A DNA stretch of 64,000 nt from Auanema rhodensis (lineage: Eukaryota > Animalia > Nematoda). The stretch lies in assembly GCA_964057225.1 (NCBI GenBank), contig OZ059900.1, forward strand, positions 13,578,001 to 13,642,000, read 5' to 3'. Below the pieces are notes generated by a model. That model was not told the DNA's origin. It was given only the letters and a program-made list of their open reading frames with translations, and did no database searches. Of this stretch, positions 12,402 to 23,580 are shown piece after piece. Made by a program: the position numbers and the translations under genes. Each line of letters opens with the position of its first letter. Within the stretch, counting starts at the first letter, position 1.

Positions 12402-13014
12402 ATGAGTCAATTAAAATTGCAATCCTTTGTAAATGATATTCAAAAGATTAACGGTAATAAAAATCTTGTTTTTTCGGAAATATTGGAATACACAAAAAAT
12501 TATATTATTATAAAATTACATTTATTACAGAAAAGAAACAGCTCAAAATTATTTGGATGCTTTAGAAAAAATGATTGCAACCATTGATAAATCGAAGTTA
12601 TCTCAAAGTGACAAATGCAGTTATAAATATGCTTTCACTAAACATCGGAATGTAAAAGTGAATGCAAAAGCATAGCAATCAATTGTCTCGGAATTTCCAA
12701 AAAGAAAAAATTTATAATGATTGATCAAATGCAAAAAATAATATCAAAAAGAAAGAGATAAACACAATGAACTACTCAAAAAGTATATTGAAAAACAGAA
12801 AGAAGAGAAAATTGAATTACCTAAAATTGATCTTAGTATAACATTGAAAAATAAAAAGATTTTGAGTAATCAGGAAGATGATACTATTTGGAGTGAAAAA
12901 CTTGAAAGAATAGGTGTATCAGAAGATTTTCCTAATGTTGTTTCTAGAGCATACGTAAAGAAAGGAAAAGGTTCAGAAAATAATATCATTCAACGTCAGC
13001 AGTGCAGATTTTGA
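12402..13014 (+). pseudogene. Degenerate intronless Lys/Glu-rich ORF, probably Maverick-derived
   Basis: TATAAATG start, broken reading frames (ETAQNYLDALEKMIATIDK..., NELLKKYIEKQKEEKIELPK...). Assignment rests on context only. Confidence 0.35.
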
Positions 13015-13142
13015 TGAATCTTTGATTCCTATATCTGGAGGATTGATAAGGGATTTAAGAACCGGAGATCTTTGATCTTTACAATCCTATATTATTTAAT
13101 TAACTGAAGGGATTTACAATCCTATAGCCTTATGGCAAGGGA

Positions 13143-14130
13143 CTAAAGTCCTATATTCATATAAATAAAAGGTAAATCTTTCTTTTTTATCTTTTTCTGT
13201 TTAAGTAATTCATCTAAAATTACATGAATTTTGTTATTTTCACCATTATTATCAGCTTGATATGAAGCAACTGAAAGTCTTAAAGAATCAAAAAGAGAAT
13301 TTAAATCTTTAGGAAGAAATGATATTGAACTACCTTCACTTACTCGACCTTTGGGAACACTACTTTCACTAGCTGGACTTTGCATAAGCAGCGAGCTTCC
13401 TAGCGTAAGTTGAGAATTTCCTTGCTTAGTTTGCAGTGAAGATTGTTTAGTTACACTACTCACAGTAGCTTGACCTTTGGGAACAAAATAATGTTCTTTT
13501 ATGAACTTCTATTTATCACTAGCATCTGCTTTATATCTTTTTGAATCTTTGTTGAAACCTTGATATAAAGCATCAGAACACAATAATATTTTTCGATAAT
13601 CTTGTTTATCTTGATTTGTAATCTTACTCAAATCAGGAGATTTTTTGAATAATAACTCTAAAAGTCCTGGAATTGCATTATATACTTGATTGTCAATACA
13701 CAGATTATTATCATCTAGAATTACTTTTTTATTACCAATTGTATAATTCTTATTTGATGGATTGTATCTTAATGAATATCCTGCATTATTTTTGTATCTA
13801 GGATCTTCGAGATAAGTAGCAATTAAATTACTGACATTGATTGAAGGATTTTGAGTATTTCTGAGACTACTTGATTAAATTTGTTTAGTAGGAGTTACCG
13901 AATCTTGAGGTGGTAGAATTTGTGGTTGTCCTTTAATTTCTCTTTTGAAACTATTAAGGGTTTGAACTATCTTATTCTTTTCATCAATTATTTCTTCCTG
14001 TAGTTTCTTATTTGATTATAGTATGGGTTTGAATACTTCTATACGGTGATCTTCTACGTTTTCTAAATTCTAAATTCTTGAATTTGTGTACTTTTCTATT
14101 CTTCAAGAACGATTGCACAATTTCATTCCT
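13143..14130 (-). pseudogene. Conserved Maverick/Polinton accessory ORF, disrupted
   Basis: YNAIPGLLELLFKKSPD...DYRKIL and C-terminal LPKDLNSLFDSLRLSVASYQADNN..NKIHVILDELL resemble the recurrent Maverick motifs TPGLxELL..KxP and NELVxRLRLLxASxxAGN...EIxxIxxEL. Internal stops. Confidence 0.7.
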
Positions 14131-14210
14131 TTACTTGGGATCATAGATTTCGATTGTGGAAGGCATTTTTTGAAAAAGTAATATATTTATAAAAAATATT
14201 ATATTTATAA

Positions 14211-14528
14211 ATGGAAGAAATTACTGAAGGTTTGAAAGCCGAAGCACTTTCTTTAGGAGGATCTGCAAGACATTCTGCGAAAGCAAGCTTCTTTGAAGAG
14301 CCTAGTGAAGGATTTGATAGAAATCTAGAGAAAATGAAAAGAGATGAAGTTCGTAGAAAAGTTACAATGATTGGAAGTGAATTGAAAAAATACATCCTCA
14401 AATCTAGAGAAATCCAAACTATGAGAATGATTGAATTCATTATGAAGTTTAAAGACATTACTTTCTCAAATTTGAATTTGTCTTTAAAAAAAATTTTCTA
14501 TATAAAAGGAAGTTTTGACTCCTTCTAG
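14211..14528 (+). CDS. Small Maverick-associated ORF, unknown function
   Basis: Open 105-aa frame with TATAAATG start just upstream of PolB. Its RDEVRRKV...MIEFI segment resembles the PolB N-terminus RDKLLREVRK...MKQFI. Confidence 0.4.
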   Translation: MEEITEGLKAEALSLGGSARHSAKASFFEEPSEGFDRNLEKMKRDEVRRKVTMIGSELKKYILKSREIQTMRMIEFIMKFKDITFSNLNLSLKKIFYIKGSFDSF

Positions 14529-14577
14529 AATTTGAAAAAGTAATATCTTTTTTAGTTTTAAACCAATTCATCTGACA

Positions 14578-16375
14578 ATGTCGAGAGATAAGCTGCTCCG
14601 TGAAGTTAGAAAAATTAATGAAAAGAAAAAACTACTAATGACTGATGCTCAAATGAAAAAAATGAAGGTGGATGAAATGAAACAATTTATTAATGATCAT
14701 TCTCAAGAAAATCATGAAAATCCATTACCACCTCCAGATGAGATTTTTCCTATGGATGATTTAATTTTTATGGAACATGAAGATAGAGAAAATGCTAATT
14801 CAAGAGTAACAAATTATAGAAGTAAGAACAACAAAGATTTCCTAGAAAATCCTTTTGAATTGATCGAAAAGAAAGGTATTGAATTTTACATGGATCTTGT
14901 AAAAAAAAGATTGGCTTCTTTTCTCAAGAAGAAGCAAAATACTGTAGTCAACGACATTTACAAAAATACTAATGTAAGAATAACGCTATATTTAGAATGT
15001 GAAACAAAGGAGCCTGATTCTACTGATCCGCATAAGTTTCATGTAAATACGAAAACTCAACTTTTACATTCTGGTGAAAATAGGGAAGAATTCTATCAAG
15101 CAGCATGTAGCACATTAATGAATGACGTGGAGAATAGAGAACATCATGCTTCAGGATTAATGATAACCAGATTTTTGAGATTGGCTATGTTTCAAACTAA
15201 AACTGATGCAATGAAAGGTGCTTCATATATAAATAATCCTGATTATATCAATCGGAAAGACGCAATTATAAACATACAAAAAAAATAGTAAGTGTTTATG
15301 TGAAGTATTCTAGCACATCTGCATCCTGCAAAAAGAAATAAAGAAAGAGTTACTAAATACACAAAATTCGAAAATGAATTAAACTTCAATGGTCTAGAAT
15401 TTTGTATATAAATATGAATACATTGAAGGCGAACATGATATTTATAAATGTCAACATTCGACTCACAAATGTGTGCAAGAAAAAATTGTAAATCTTTTTC
15501 ATAATGAAGATGCTGAAGGAAACGAACATTATAGTCTGATTGTAAACTCACGTAGACTTAAGAGCAGGAATGAGACTGACTATCCGAAATATTATTGTTC
15601 TAGATGTTTATCATTTTATTACAATCAAGAAAAGTTAGATAGACATATTGAAAATTGTGAAAATACACTGCCAATGGAACATCAACCTTCTCTTAAAAAA
15701 TAATTGAATTTGAAAATCATAAACATACACAGAGACGTCGTTATGTTATATACTCAGAATTTGAAAGTTTTATAGAGAGAATTCAGAACAAAGAAGTTAA
15801 AGATGTTTTTGTTAGCATGAACAAAGATAAATGGACTGAAAATATTGGAAAACATATTCCATCTGCATATTGTATACTAGTAGTAGATTCATATACAAAG
15901 ACAATCAAGTCCTATGTGGGATATAATGCAACATAGATATTTAACATCGAGATAATTGATTTTGTTCGCAAGTTAATGGCTTTTCCAAATATTGATTGCA
16001 GACCTTTATCATCAAAAGAGAAAGAAGAGTACTGTGCATGTACAAATTGTTCTAATTGTGATGTTCTTTTTGACCCTTCAAATATGAAAACAGCAGAAGT
16101 GAAAGATCATGATCATTGGACTGGTGAATATCATACAGCTCTTTGTGGAAATTGTAATCTCAAGAAGAAGAAAAATTAATTCATTCCCGTGTTCTTCCAC
16201 AATCTGAAAGGTTATGATTCTCACCTTATTCTAGGAGATCCTCAAAGTGCTAAGCATCTGAGAAAAAATAAAATAGGATTGAAAAATATAAATTGTAATA
16301 CAGAAAAATTTATATCGTATCTAGTTATCTAATGTATCTTGATGCTAATAATTTATACGGTTGGGCAATAAAGAT
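14578..16375 (+). pseudogene. Protein-primed family B DNA polymerase (Maverick pPolB), frameshifted, internally deleted, 3'-truncated
   Basis: GASYINNPDYINRKDAIINIQ, SILAHLHP..N.ERV..Y, YYCSRCL..L.RH..C, ExoI-like YVIYSEFES, VKDHDHWTGEYHTALCGNCNLK, ExoII FFHNLKGYDSHLI, then an abrupt jump to polymerase motif YLDANNLYGWA (~16336-16368). Confidence 0.9.
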
Positions 16376-16387
16376 GAAACTTTTTCA

Positions 16388-16484
16388 ATATTGCACAATC
16401 GTTGTGTGCTTTCCAAAATGTATTTCCAACTCAGAAGTTCTCTGGTTAGATTGAGATACTACCTCTGACTTGGGTAATTAAACC
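16388..16484 (-). ncRNA. Inverted orphan SL RNA gene with a complete upstream spacer/promoter (spacer extends to ~16684)
   Basis: Reverse complement reads GGTTTAATTACCCAAGTCAGAG-GTAGTATC...ATTTTGGAAAGCACACAACGATTGTGC. One full array spacer lies upstream. Confidence 0.9.
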
Positions 16485-16684
16485 AAATCTATTCAGGAAA
16501 CTTATAAACTGTTCTAGCCTATCGCCGTATATGTGATCAGTGTACAAAGCTATACAAAGCTTTATCCGGTCAAACTATAATGTAAAAGACGCGTCATGTT
16601 CATATTCAAATTTGTTTTGCTTTGGCATCTATAGTGTTATATAATCATACTAAGACAGACAGTTTTCAATATTACATACTCGTC

Positions 16685-17250
16685 ATAGTTCTCCACGGTC
16701 CTGGTCTTGAGCTTTCCCGGAGTCATGGTCCTCCTCGGTCCTGGTCTTGAGCTTTCCCGGAGTCATGGTCCTCCTCGGTTCCGGTCCTGGGCCTTCCCGA
16801 GGTCATAGTTCTTCTCGGTCCTGGTCTAGAGCTTTCCCGGGGTCATGGCCCTCCTCGGTTCCGGTCCTAGGCCTTCCCGGGGTCATAGCCCTCCTCGGCC
16901 CTGGTCCTGGGCCGTCCCGGGCTCATAGCCTTTTTCCATTCCGGTCCTGGACCTCCTCGAGCCCGGTCCTGGGTTTCCTCGGTCCCATTCCACGGTTTCC
17001 TTGATCCTGGTCCTGGGCCTCCTCGGTCCCCTTCCTCAGTGTTCTTGATCACGGTCCTGGCTCTCCTCCATCTCAGTTCTAGGCCTCTTCGGTTCTGGTC
17101 TTCCTCGGTCGTGTCCTTGATGAGTCCTGTTCCCTGTCGTTTCTATAACTTTTTTCTTACCTTACGATATGTTTATCAGCAACCTGTGGGATTCGATCTT
17201 GGACTGTTTGAGTGCCAGTCTGTCATCTTATCCTTTCGGCTATTGACCAC
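16685..17250 (-). mobile_element. tRNA-derived SINE-like element with GC-rich ~40-bp tandem-repeat body (copy A, 3'-truncated)
   Basis: Minus strand has A-box TAGCCGAAAGG (17242-17232) and B-box GATCGAATCC (17198-17189) in a degenerate tRNA-like head, followed by GGACCAGGACCGAGGAGG-type ~40-bp repeats. Confidence 0.55.
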
Positions 17251-17964
17251 ATTTATATATAAATGTTAACTATATGATGGAATAAAAAGTGAGTTTATCA
17301 TACAAACCATAGTACAATATAGGCTCGCTATCTAGGCTGTTTTTAAACCATCATATTTCGTTGATATATTAATATTTTTGTTTTTCTACCTGTTTTTCAG
17401 CTTTTTCAGTTGAGGTTTTATATTTCTCATAGTTTCACAATACTAAAATTCTTATTGTTAAGCAATCTTTTTAGTAAAATAATACCAGAGAGCAATTGTC
17501 CTTAATGTCGCGCTCCATTGATAATTGTGGATTAGACTCAAATATACAATTTATTGATTTGATTTATATTTAATACAGTTATTCATATAACGTAATGTTA
17601 TTATAACTTTGTATATAACATGAAGCGATTATTAGGCCTGTTACAAGACCATAAATTTGCCCATGAACTAAGAATGGATAGATTGTCGTGGCCGCAGAGT
17701 TCGTTCATAATTTCGATCATTACGTTAGTCTTATGTATCTTATTCTATTCATGTTGTTATAATAAATCAGTCATATCTCGAGCTTTCTTGTGTAATTAAA
17801 CCAAATATGATTTAGCCATGTGTTAAGAAAAAGAATTATATTGTTAAATTGAAAATAGTTTCAAGCAATTCATTTATATCAATGAACAAAGTGGTTTTTT
17901 GGTGATATTATAACAATCGTTCTATGGTCTATAAGTGTTAACTTTGATGTCATTAATCATCAAC

Positions 17965-20005
17965 CTACTTCTTCGATAACTGTTCTTTTGTTTTTTTGGT
18001 TTTTATTATATTGATAACTCCGTGAGTTCTATTAAAAAAAATTGCAAAAAAGCTATTGTACATACTTCCGTAGAACACTATTAGAGTATAAGTACGTTAA
18101 AAGCAATCCAATTCCCCATGCTAATAACTTATTTTTTCCGTTCCATGGTAAAACTTTAGTGATGAAGTACAAGACAAATGCTTGAACTGCAGTTTTCAAT
18201 GTGCGTAATCTGAAAAAAACAGATTAGTACCGATAATAAGCTTGGTTAAACTTTGCGAGATGAGAGCGTGCCAATGGAAGATCGTTATCTTTCAGTATAT
18301 ATTTTTTGATTCCCATTGCATAACTGTATAGATAGCTGTTCCAGTCAATACCCCTAACATCGAATGGGAACTCCTAAAATTGTTCTTCTTTCCATTTCTT
18401 TAAATTTATCTTACTTCTTGATCTTTACTACTCATAGCTTCCCATAATTCAATAAGTGCACGAGAACGGAAAAGCCATCCATTCATTGTGAAAAAATGTA
18501 GAGTTTCCACCATTTTCCAAATTTTGCCATAGAGTCGTACGTATCTGAATGATGTTTTTACAAGATTTTGTATTAAAATAATGAAAAGTTACTTTTTTTT
18601 CCTTCCCATAAGTGAATTGATAAAGTCTAACGCCACGGCTGGTAGATAGTGTTTATAATAAAAATTGAATTCAAATATTTTTCTGTTTTTATGCATCTGT
18701 GTTGAAGGAACGCCAATACATTGCTCTGATGGATACTATTCAAAAACAATCATAAAACCTAAGCTGTAAACTTTACTTACCAAATTGTAGAATTGCTCTA
18801 AGTAGTGAACAATTTTTTGCCACTTTATTGGGTTTAGATCTCCAGTTACACAGTGCATAATAGGAATTTCGGACACTCTGTCAAGCAAGGGTTTTTGACT
18901 TAAACTGATTTTTCGAAGTAAATTACTGAATAAAAGCGCGATAAGCAGCTGCAGTTATAATCATATTGGCAACTATGTCCACTGGAACAATATCAGCAAC
19001 AGCATCTCCTGATCCGCACATATTGGTCAGAACTCCCTTTCCAACCTAAAACATTAAATTTGTTTTTGAAAATTCAAGTACTTAGAGACAGCTGCAAACA
19101 CTCCTGTGGCACCATTGATATTGTCAGTCCATCCTGGTAAGGGGCCTTTCCATATAGCACCAACAATTGAAGGACGAATTATAATAATTGGTAGAGCCGA
19201 CCCTTCATCTTGCAAATATTTCTGTAAATAATGATGTCTGGGTATACTTAAATGTGTTCCTTACTTCTGCTAACGCTTTAGTCAATGTATAAGTATTAGG
19301 ACGTTTTCCAAGCAGTTTTGGTGTGATCTAAAAAATCTATAATAAGCTAAAAATGTTTATCACTCACGGTATCCAAAATATCGGTGTCAAGCCAATTTAC
19401 AGCTTCAATGAGCGGTTTGGGAGGTACAGGCGGATCGTATACCTTGAAAAAAAAGCGTCTAAGCATAAAAAACTCTATTTTTCAAACCTTTTCGTCAGTT
19501 TCGCTCAGATCGCAATTTGCATATGCCGTTGAAACATGAACAATTGACTAAAATTATAGAAATTTATTTATTTCGACTTATTTCAAGAGATGTATTACTT
19601 ACTTTTAAATTTTTCATTTTTTTACATAATTGTATAACCCGGCTGGTTCCAGTCACGTTCATCTCAACTGCATCCTTCAAGGGTTCATCGAATTTCACAG
19701 TGGCAGCACTGTGAATGCAAATATTCACCTGAAAGCATGAAATTGCTAGTTGATGCTATAATATACTTTTTACATTTTCTATTAACAGTTGCTCATCTGC
19801 ATCGGAAATTCCTAGATTTTCTTGAAGCATATCGCCAGATATGGGCTTGATTTTTTCTATGAATTTTTCATCGCGTTCTTTCAATCGTTGGAACAAGGAA
19901 TCCTAAAGAGATACAATGGTACCATAGATAATCATGTTATCTATGATGGTTTTACTGAATGCTCTGAAACACTAACCTGAAGTATTTTATCTAATCGCTG
20001 TTGTG
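17965..20005 (-). pseudogene. 5'-truncated duplicate of fatty acyl-CoA reductase (lacks start and GGTGFLG NAD(P)H-binding exon)
   Basis: Identical to 21334-23374 but missing exon 1 and most of exon 2. Confidence 0.85.
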
Positions 20006-20024
20006 ATCATTCGCAGAGGAGAGG

Positions 20025-20619
20025 TTAGCTGCTGTTGCTGTAGATGTAGAAATGGGCCTCCTCGGTCCTGAGCCTGCTCGGTACCTGTCCTGGGTTACCT
20101 CCATCCTGGTCATACTTCTCCTCGGTCCTGGTCTTGAGCTTTCCCGGAGTCATTGTCCTCCTCGGTTCCGGTCCTGGGCCTTCCCGATGTCATAGTTCTT
20201 CTCGGTCCTGGTCTGGAGCTTTCCCGGGGTCATGGCCCTCCTCGGTTCCCGTCCTAGGCCTTCCCGGGGTCATAGCTCTCCTCGGCCCTGGGCCGTCCCG
20301 GGCTCATAGCCTTTTTCCATTCCGGTCCTGGACCTCCTCGAGCCCGGTCCTGGGTTTCCTCGGTCCCATTCCACGGTTTCCTTGATCCTGGTCCTGGGCC
20401 TCCTCGGTCCCCTTCCTCAGTGTCCTTGATCACGGTCCTGGCTCTCCTCCATCTCAGTTCTAGGCCTCTTCGGTCCTGGTCTTCTTCGGTCGTGTCCTTG
20501 ATGAGTCGTTTCTATAACTTTTTTCTTACCTTACGATATGTTTATCAGCAACCTGTGGGATTCGATCTTGGACTGTTTGAGTGCCAGTCTGTCATCTTAT
20601 CCTTTCGGCTATTGACCAC
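20025..20619 (-). mobile_element. tRNA-derived SINE-like element, copy B (longer 3' end)
   Basis: A-box 20611-20601, B-box 20567-20558, GC-rich repeats down to ~20056, then a CATCTACAGCAACAGCAGC simple tail. Confidence 0.55.
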
Positions 20620-21333
20620 ATTTATATATAAATGTTAACTATATGATGGAATAAAAAGTGAGTTTATCATACAAACCATAGTACAATATAGGCTCGCTAT
20701 CTAGGCTGTTTTTAAACCATCATATTTCGTTGATATATTAATATTTTTGTTTTTCTACCTGTTTTTCAGCTTTTTCAGTTGAGGTTTTATATTTCTCATA
20801 GTTTCACAATACTAAAATTCTTATTGTTAAGCAATCTTTTTAGTAAAATAATACCAGAGAGCAATTGTCCTTAATGTCGCGCTCCATTGATAATTGTGGA
20901 TTAGACTCAAATATACAATTTATTGATTTGATTTATATTTAATACAGTTATTCATATAACGTAATGTTATTATAACTTTGTATATAACATGAAGCGATTA
21001 TTAGGCCTGTTACAAGACCATAAATTTGCCCATGAACTAAGAATGGATAGATTGTCGTGGCCGCAGAGTTCGTTCATAATTTCGATCATTACGTTAGTCT
21101 TATGTATCTTATTCTATTCATGTTGTTATAATAAATCAGTCATATCTCGAGCTTTCTTGTGTAATTAAACCAAATATGATTTAGCCATGTGTTAAGAAAA
21201 AGAATTATATTGTTAAATTGAAAATAGTTTCAAGCAATTCATTTATATCAATGAACAAAGTGGTTTTTTGGTGATATTATAACAATCGTTCTATGGTCTA
21301 TAAGTGTTAACTTTGATGTCATTAATCATCAAC

Positions 21334-23580
21334 CTACTTCTTCGATAACTGTTCTTTTGTTTTTTTGGTTTTTATTATATTGATAACTCCGTGAGTTCTA
21401 TTAAAAAAAATTGCAAAAAAGCTATTGTACATACTTCCGTAGAACACTATTAGAGTATAAGTACGTTAAAAGCAATCCAATTCCCCATGCTAATAACTTA
21501 TTTTTTCCGTTCCATGGTAAAACTTTAGTGATGAAGTACAAGACAAATGCTTGAACTGCAGTTTTCAATGTGCGTAATCTGAAAAAAACAGATTAGTACC
21601 GATAATAAGCTTGGTTAAACTTTGCGAGATGAGAGCGTGCCAATGGAAGATCGTTATCTTTCAGTATATATTTTTTGATTCCCATTGCATAACTGTATAG
21701 ATAGCTGTTCCAGTCAATACCCCTAACATCGAATGGGAACTCCTAAAATTGTTCTTCTTTCCATTTCTTTAAATTTATCTTACTTCTTGATCTTTACTAC
21801 TCATAGCTTCCCATAATTCAATAAGTGCACGAGAACGGAAAAGCCATCCATTCATTGTGAAAAAATGTAGAGTTTCCACCATTTTCCAAATTTTGCCATA
21901 GAGTCGTACGTATCTGAATGATGTTTTTACAAGATTTTGTATTAAAATAATGAAAAGTTACTTTTTTTTCCTTCCCATAAGTGAATTGATAAAGTCTAAC
22001 GCCACGGCTGGTAGATAGTGTTTATAATAAAAATTGAATTCAAATATTTTTCTGTTTTTATGCATCTGTGTTGAAGGAACGCCAATACATTGCTCTGATG
22101 GATACTATTCAAAAACAATCATAAAACCTAAGCTGTAAACTTTACTTACCAAATTGTAGAATTGCTCTAAGTAGTGAACAATTTTTTGCCACTTTATTGG
22201 GTTTAGATCTCCAGTTACACAGTGCATAATAGGAATTTCGGACACTCTGTCAAGCAAGGGTTTTTGACTTAAACTGATTTTTCGAAGTAAATTACTGAAT
22301 AAAAGCGCGATAAGCAGCTGCAGTTATAATCATATTGGCAACTATGTCCACTGGAACAATATCAGCAACAGCATCTCCTGATCCGCACATATTGGTCAGA
22401 ACTCCCTTTCCAACCTAAAACATTAAATTTGTTTTTGAAAATTCAAGTACTTAGAGACAGCTGCAAACACTCCTGTGGCACCATTGATATTGTCAGTCCA
22501 TCCTGGTAAGGGGCCTTTCCATATAGCACCAACAATTGAAGGACGAATTATAATAATTGGTAGAGCCGACCCTTCATCTTGCAAATATTTCTGTAAATAA
22601 TGATGTCTGGGTATACTTAAATGTGTTCCTTACTTCTGCTAACGCTTTAGTCAATGTATAAGTATTAGGACGTTTTCCAAGCAGTTTTGGTGTGATCTAA
22701 AAAATCTATAATAAGCTAAAAATGTTTATCACTCACGGTATCCAAAATATCGGTGTCAAGCCAATTTACAGCTTCAATGAGCGGTTTGGGAGGTACAGGC
22801 GGATCGTATACCTTGAAAAAAAAGCGTCTAAGCATAAAAAACTCTATTTTTCAAACCTTTTCGTCAGTTTCGCTCAGATCGCAATTTGCATATGCCGTTG
22901 AAACATGAACAATTGACTAAAATTATAGAAATTTATTTATTTCGACTTATTTCAAGAGATGTATTACTTACTTTTAAATTTTTCATTTTTTTACATAATT
23001 GTATAACCCGGCTGGTTCCAGTCACGTTCATCTCAACTGCATCCTTCAAGGGTTCATCGAATTTCACAGTGGCAGCACTGTGAATGCAAATATTCACCTG
23101 AAAGCATGAAATTGCTAGTTGATGCTATAATATACTTTTTACATTTTCTATTAACAGTTGCTCATCTGCATCGGAAATTCCTAGATTTTCTTGAAGCATA
23201 TCGCCAGATATGGGCTTGATTTTTTCTATGAATTTTTCATCGCGTTCTTTCAATCGTTGGAACAAGGAATCCTAAAGAGATACAATGGTACCATAGATAA
23301 TCATGTTATCTATGATGGTTTTACTGAATGCTCTGAAACACTAACCTGAAGTATTTTATCTAATCGCTGTTGTGGTACCATGCCCTTTGCAGGCCTTATG
23401 AGTAGATAAATGCTTTCAATTTCTGGAACTGACCATAGTAATTTTTCCAGAATTGCCTGCAAAAAAATCAATAAGAAAGCTATAGTCAGCTTCTCAAATT
23501 TGAACCTTCCCCAAGAAACCAGTGCCTCCAGTGATGAAAACAGATTTCTCTTGGTAGAAATCTTGAACTTTGAACTCCAT
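21334..23580 (-). CDS. fard-1: Fatty acyl-CoA reductase
   Basis: MEFKVQDFYQEKSVFITGGTGFLGK, IHSAATVKFDEPL, HVSTAYANCD, RPNTYTLTKALAE, IIRPSIVGA, GWTDNINGA, DIVPVDIVAN. The last exon is uncertain (alternative stop near 21422). Confidence 0.9.

Larger units (their letters stand above)
11830..16375. mobile_element. Decayed Maverick/Polinton (adintovirus-like) remnant
   Basis: Intronless, stop/frameshift-ridden ORFs, including a protein-primed PolB and a conserved Maverick accessory ORF arranged head-to-head. No own TIRs visible. Left boundary approximate. Confidence 0.85.
16731..23374 (+). repeat. Near-identical ~3.3-kb tandem segmental duplication (16731-20005 / 20118-23374)
   Basis: The copies differ only by a few substitutions and 6- and 12-bp indels in the GC-rich block plus one A in a homopolymer. 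Copy A breaks at CGCTGTTGTG|ATCAT (20005), where copy B continues GTACCA (23375). Confidence 0.95.

Noticed and set aside
17179-17250. Functional tRNA gene
   Set aside because: A and B boxes are present but the acceptor, anticodon and T stems pair poorly, so it is treated as a SINE head or pseudo-tRNA.
16747-17269. ORFs 16747-17004, 16867-17052, 17039-17269 and their copies at 20134-20638 as collagen-like or real proteins
   Set aside because: Products of a GC-rich 40-bp repeat (period not a multiple of 3), with no Gly-X-Y register or splice structure.
17632-17637. Telomere seed TTAGGC as an elimination breakpoint
   Set aside because: Isolated hexamers only; no tandem telomeric repeats in the window.
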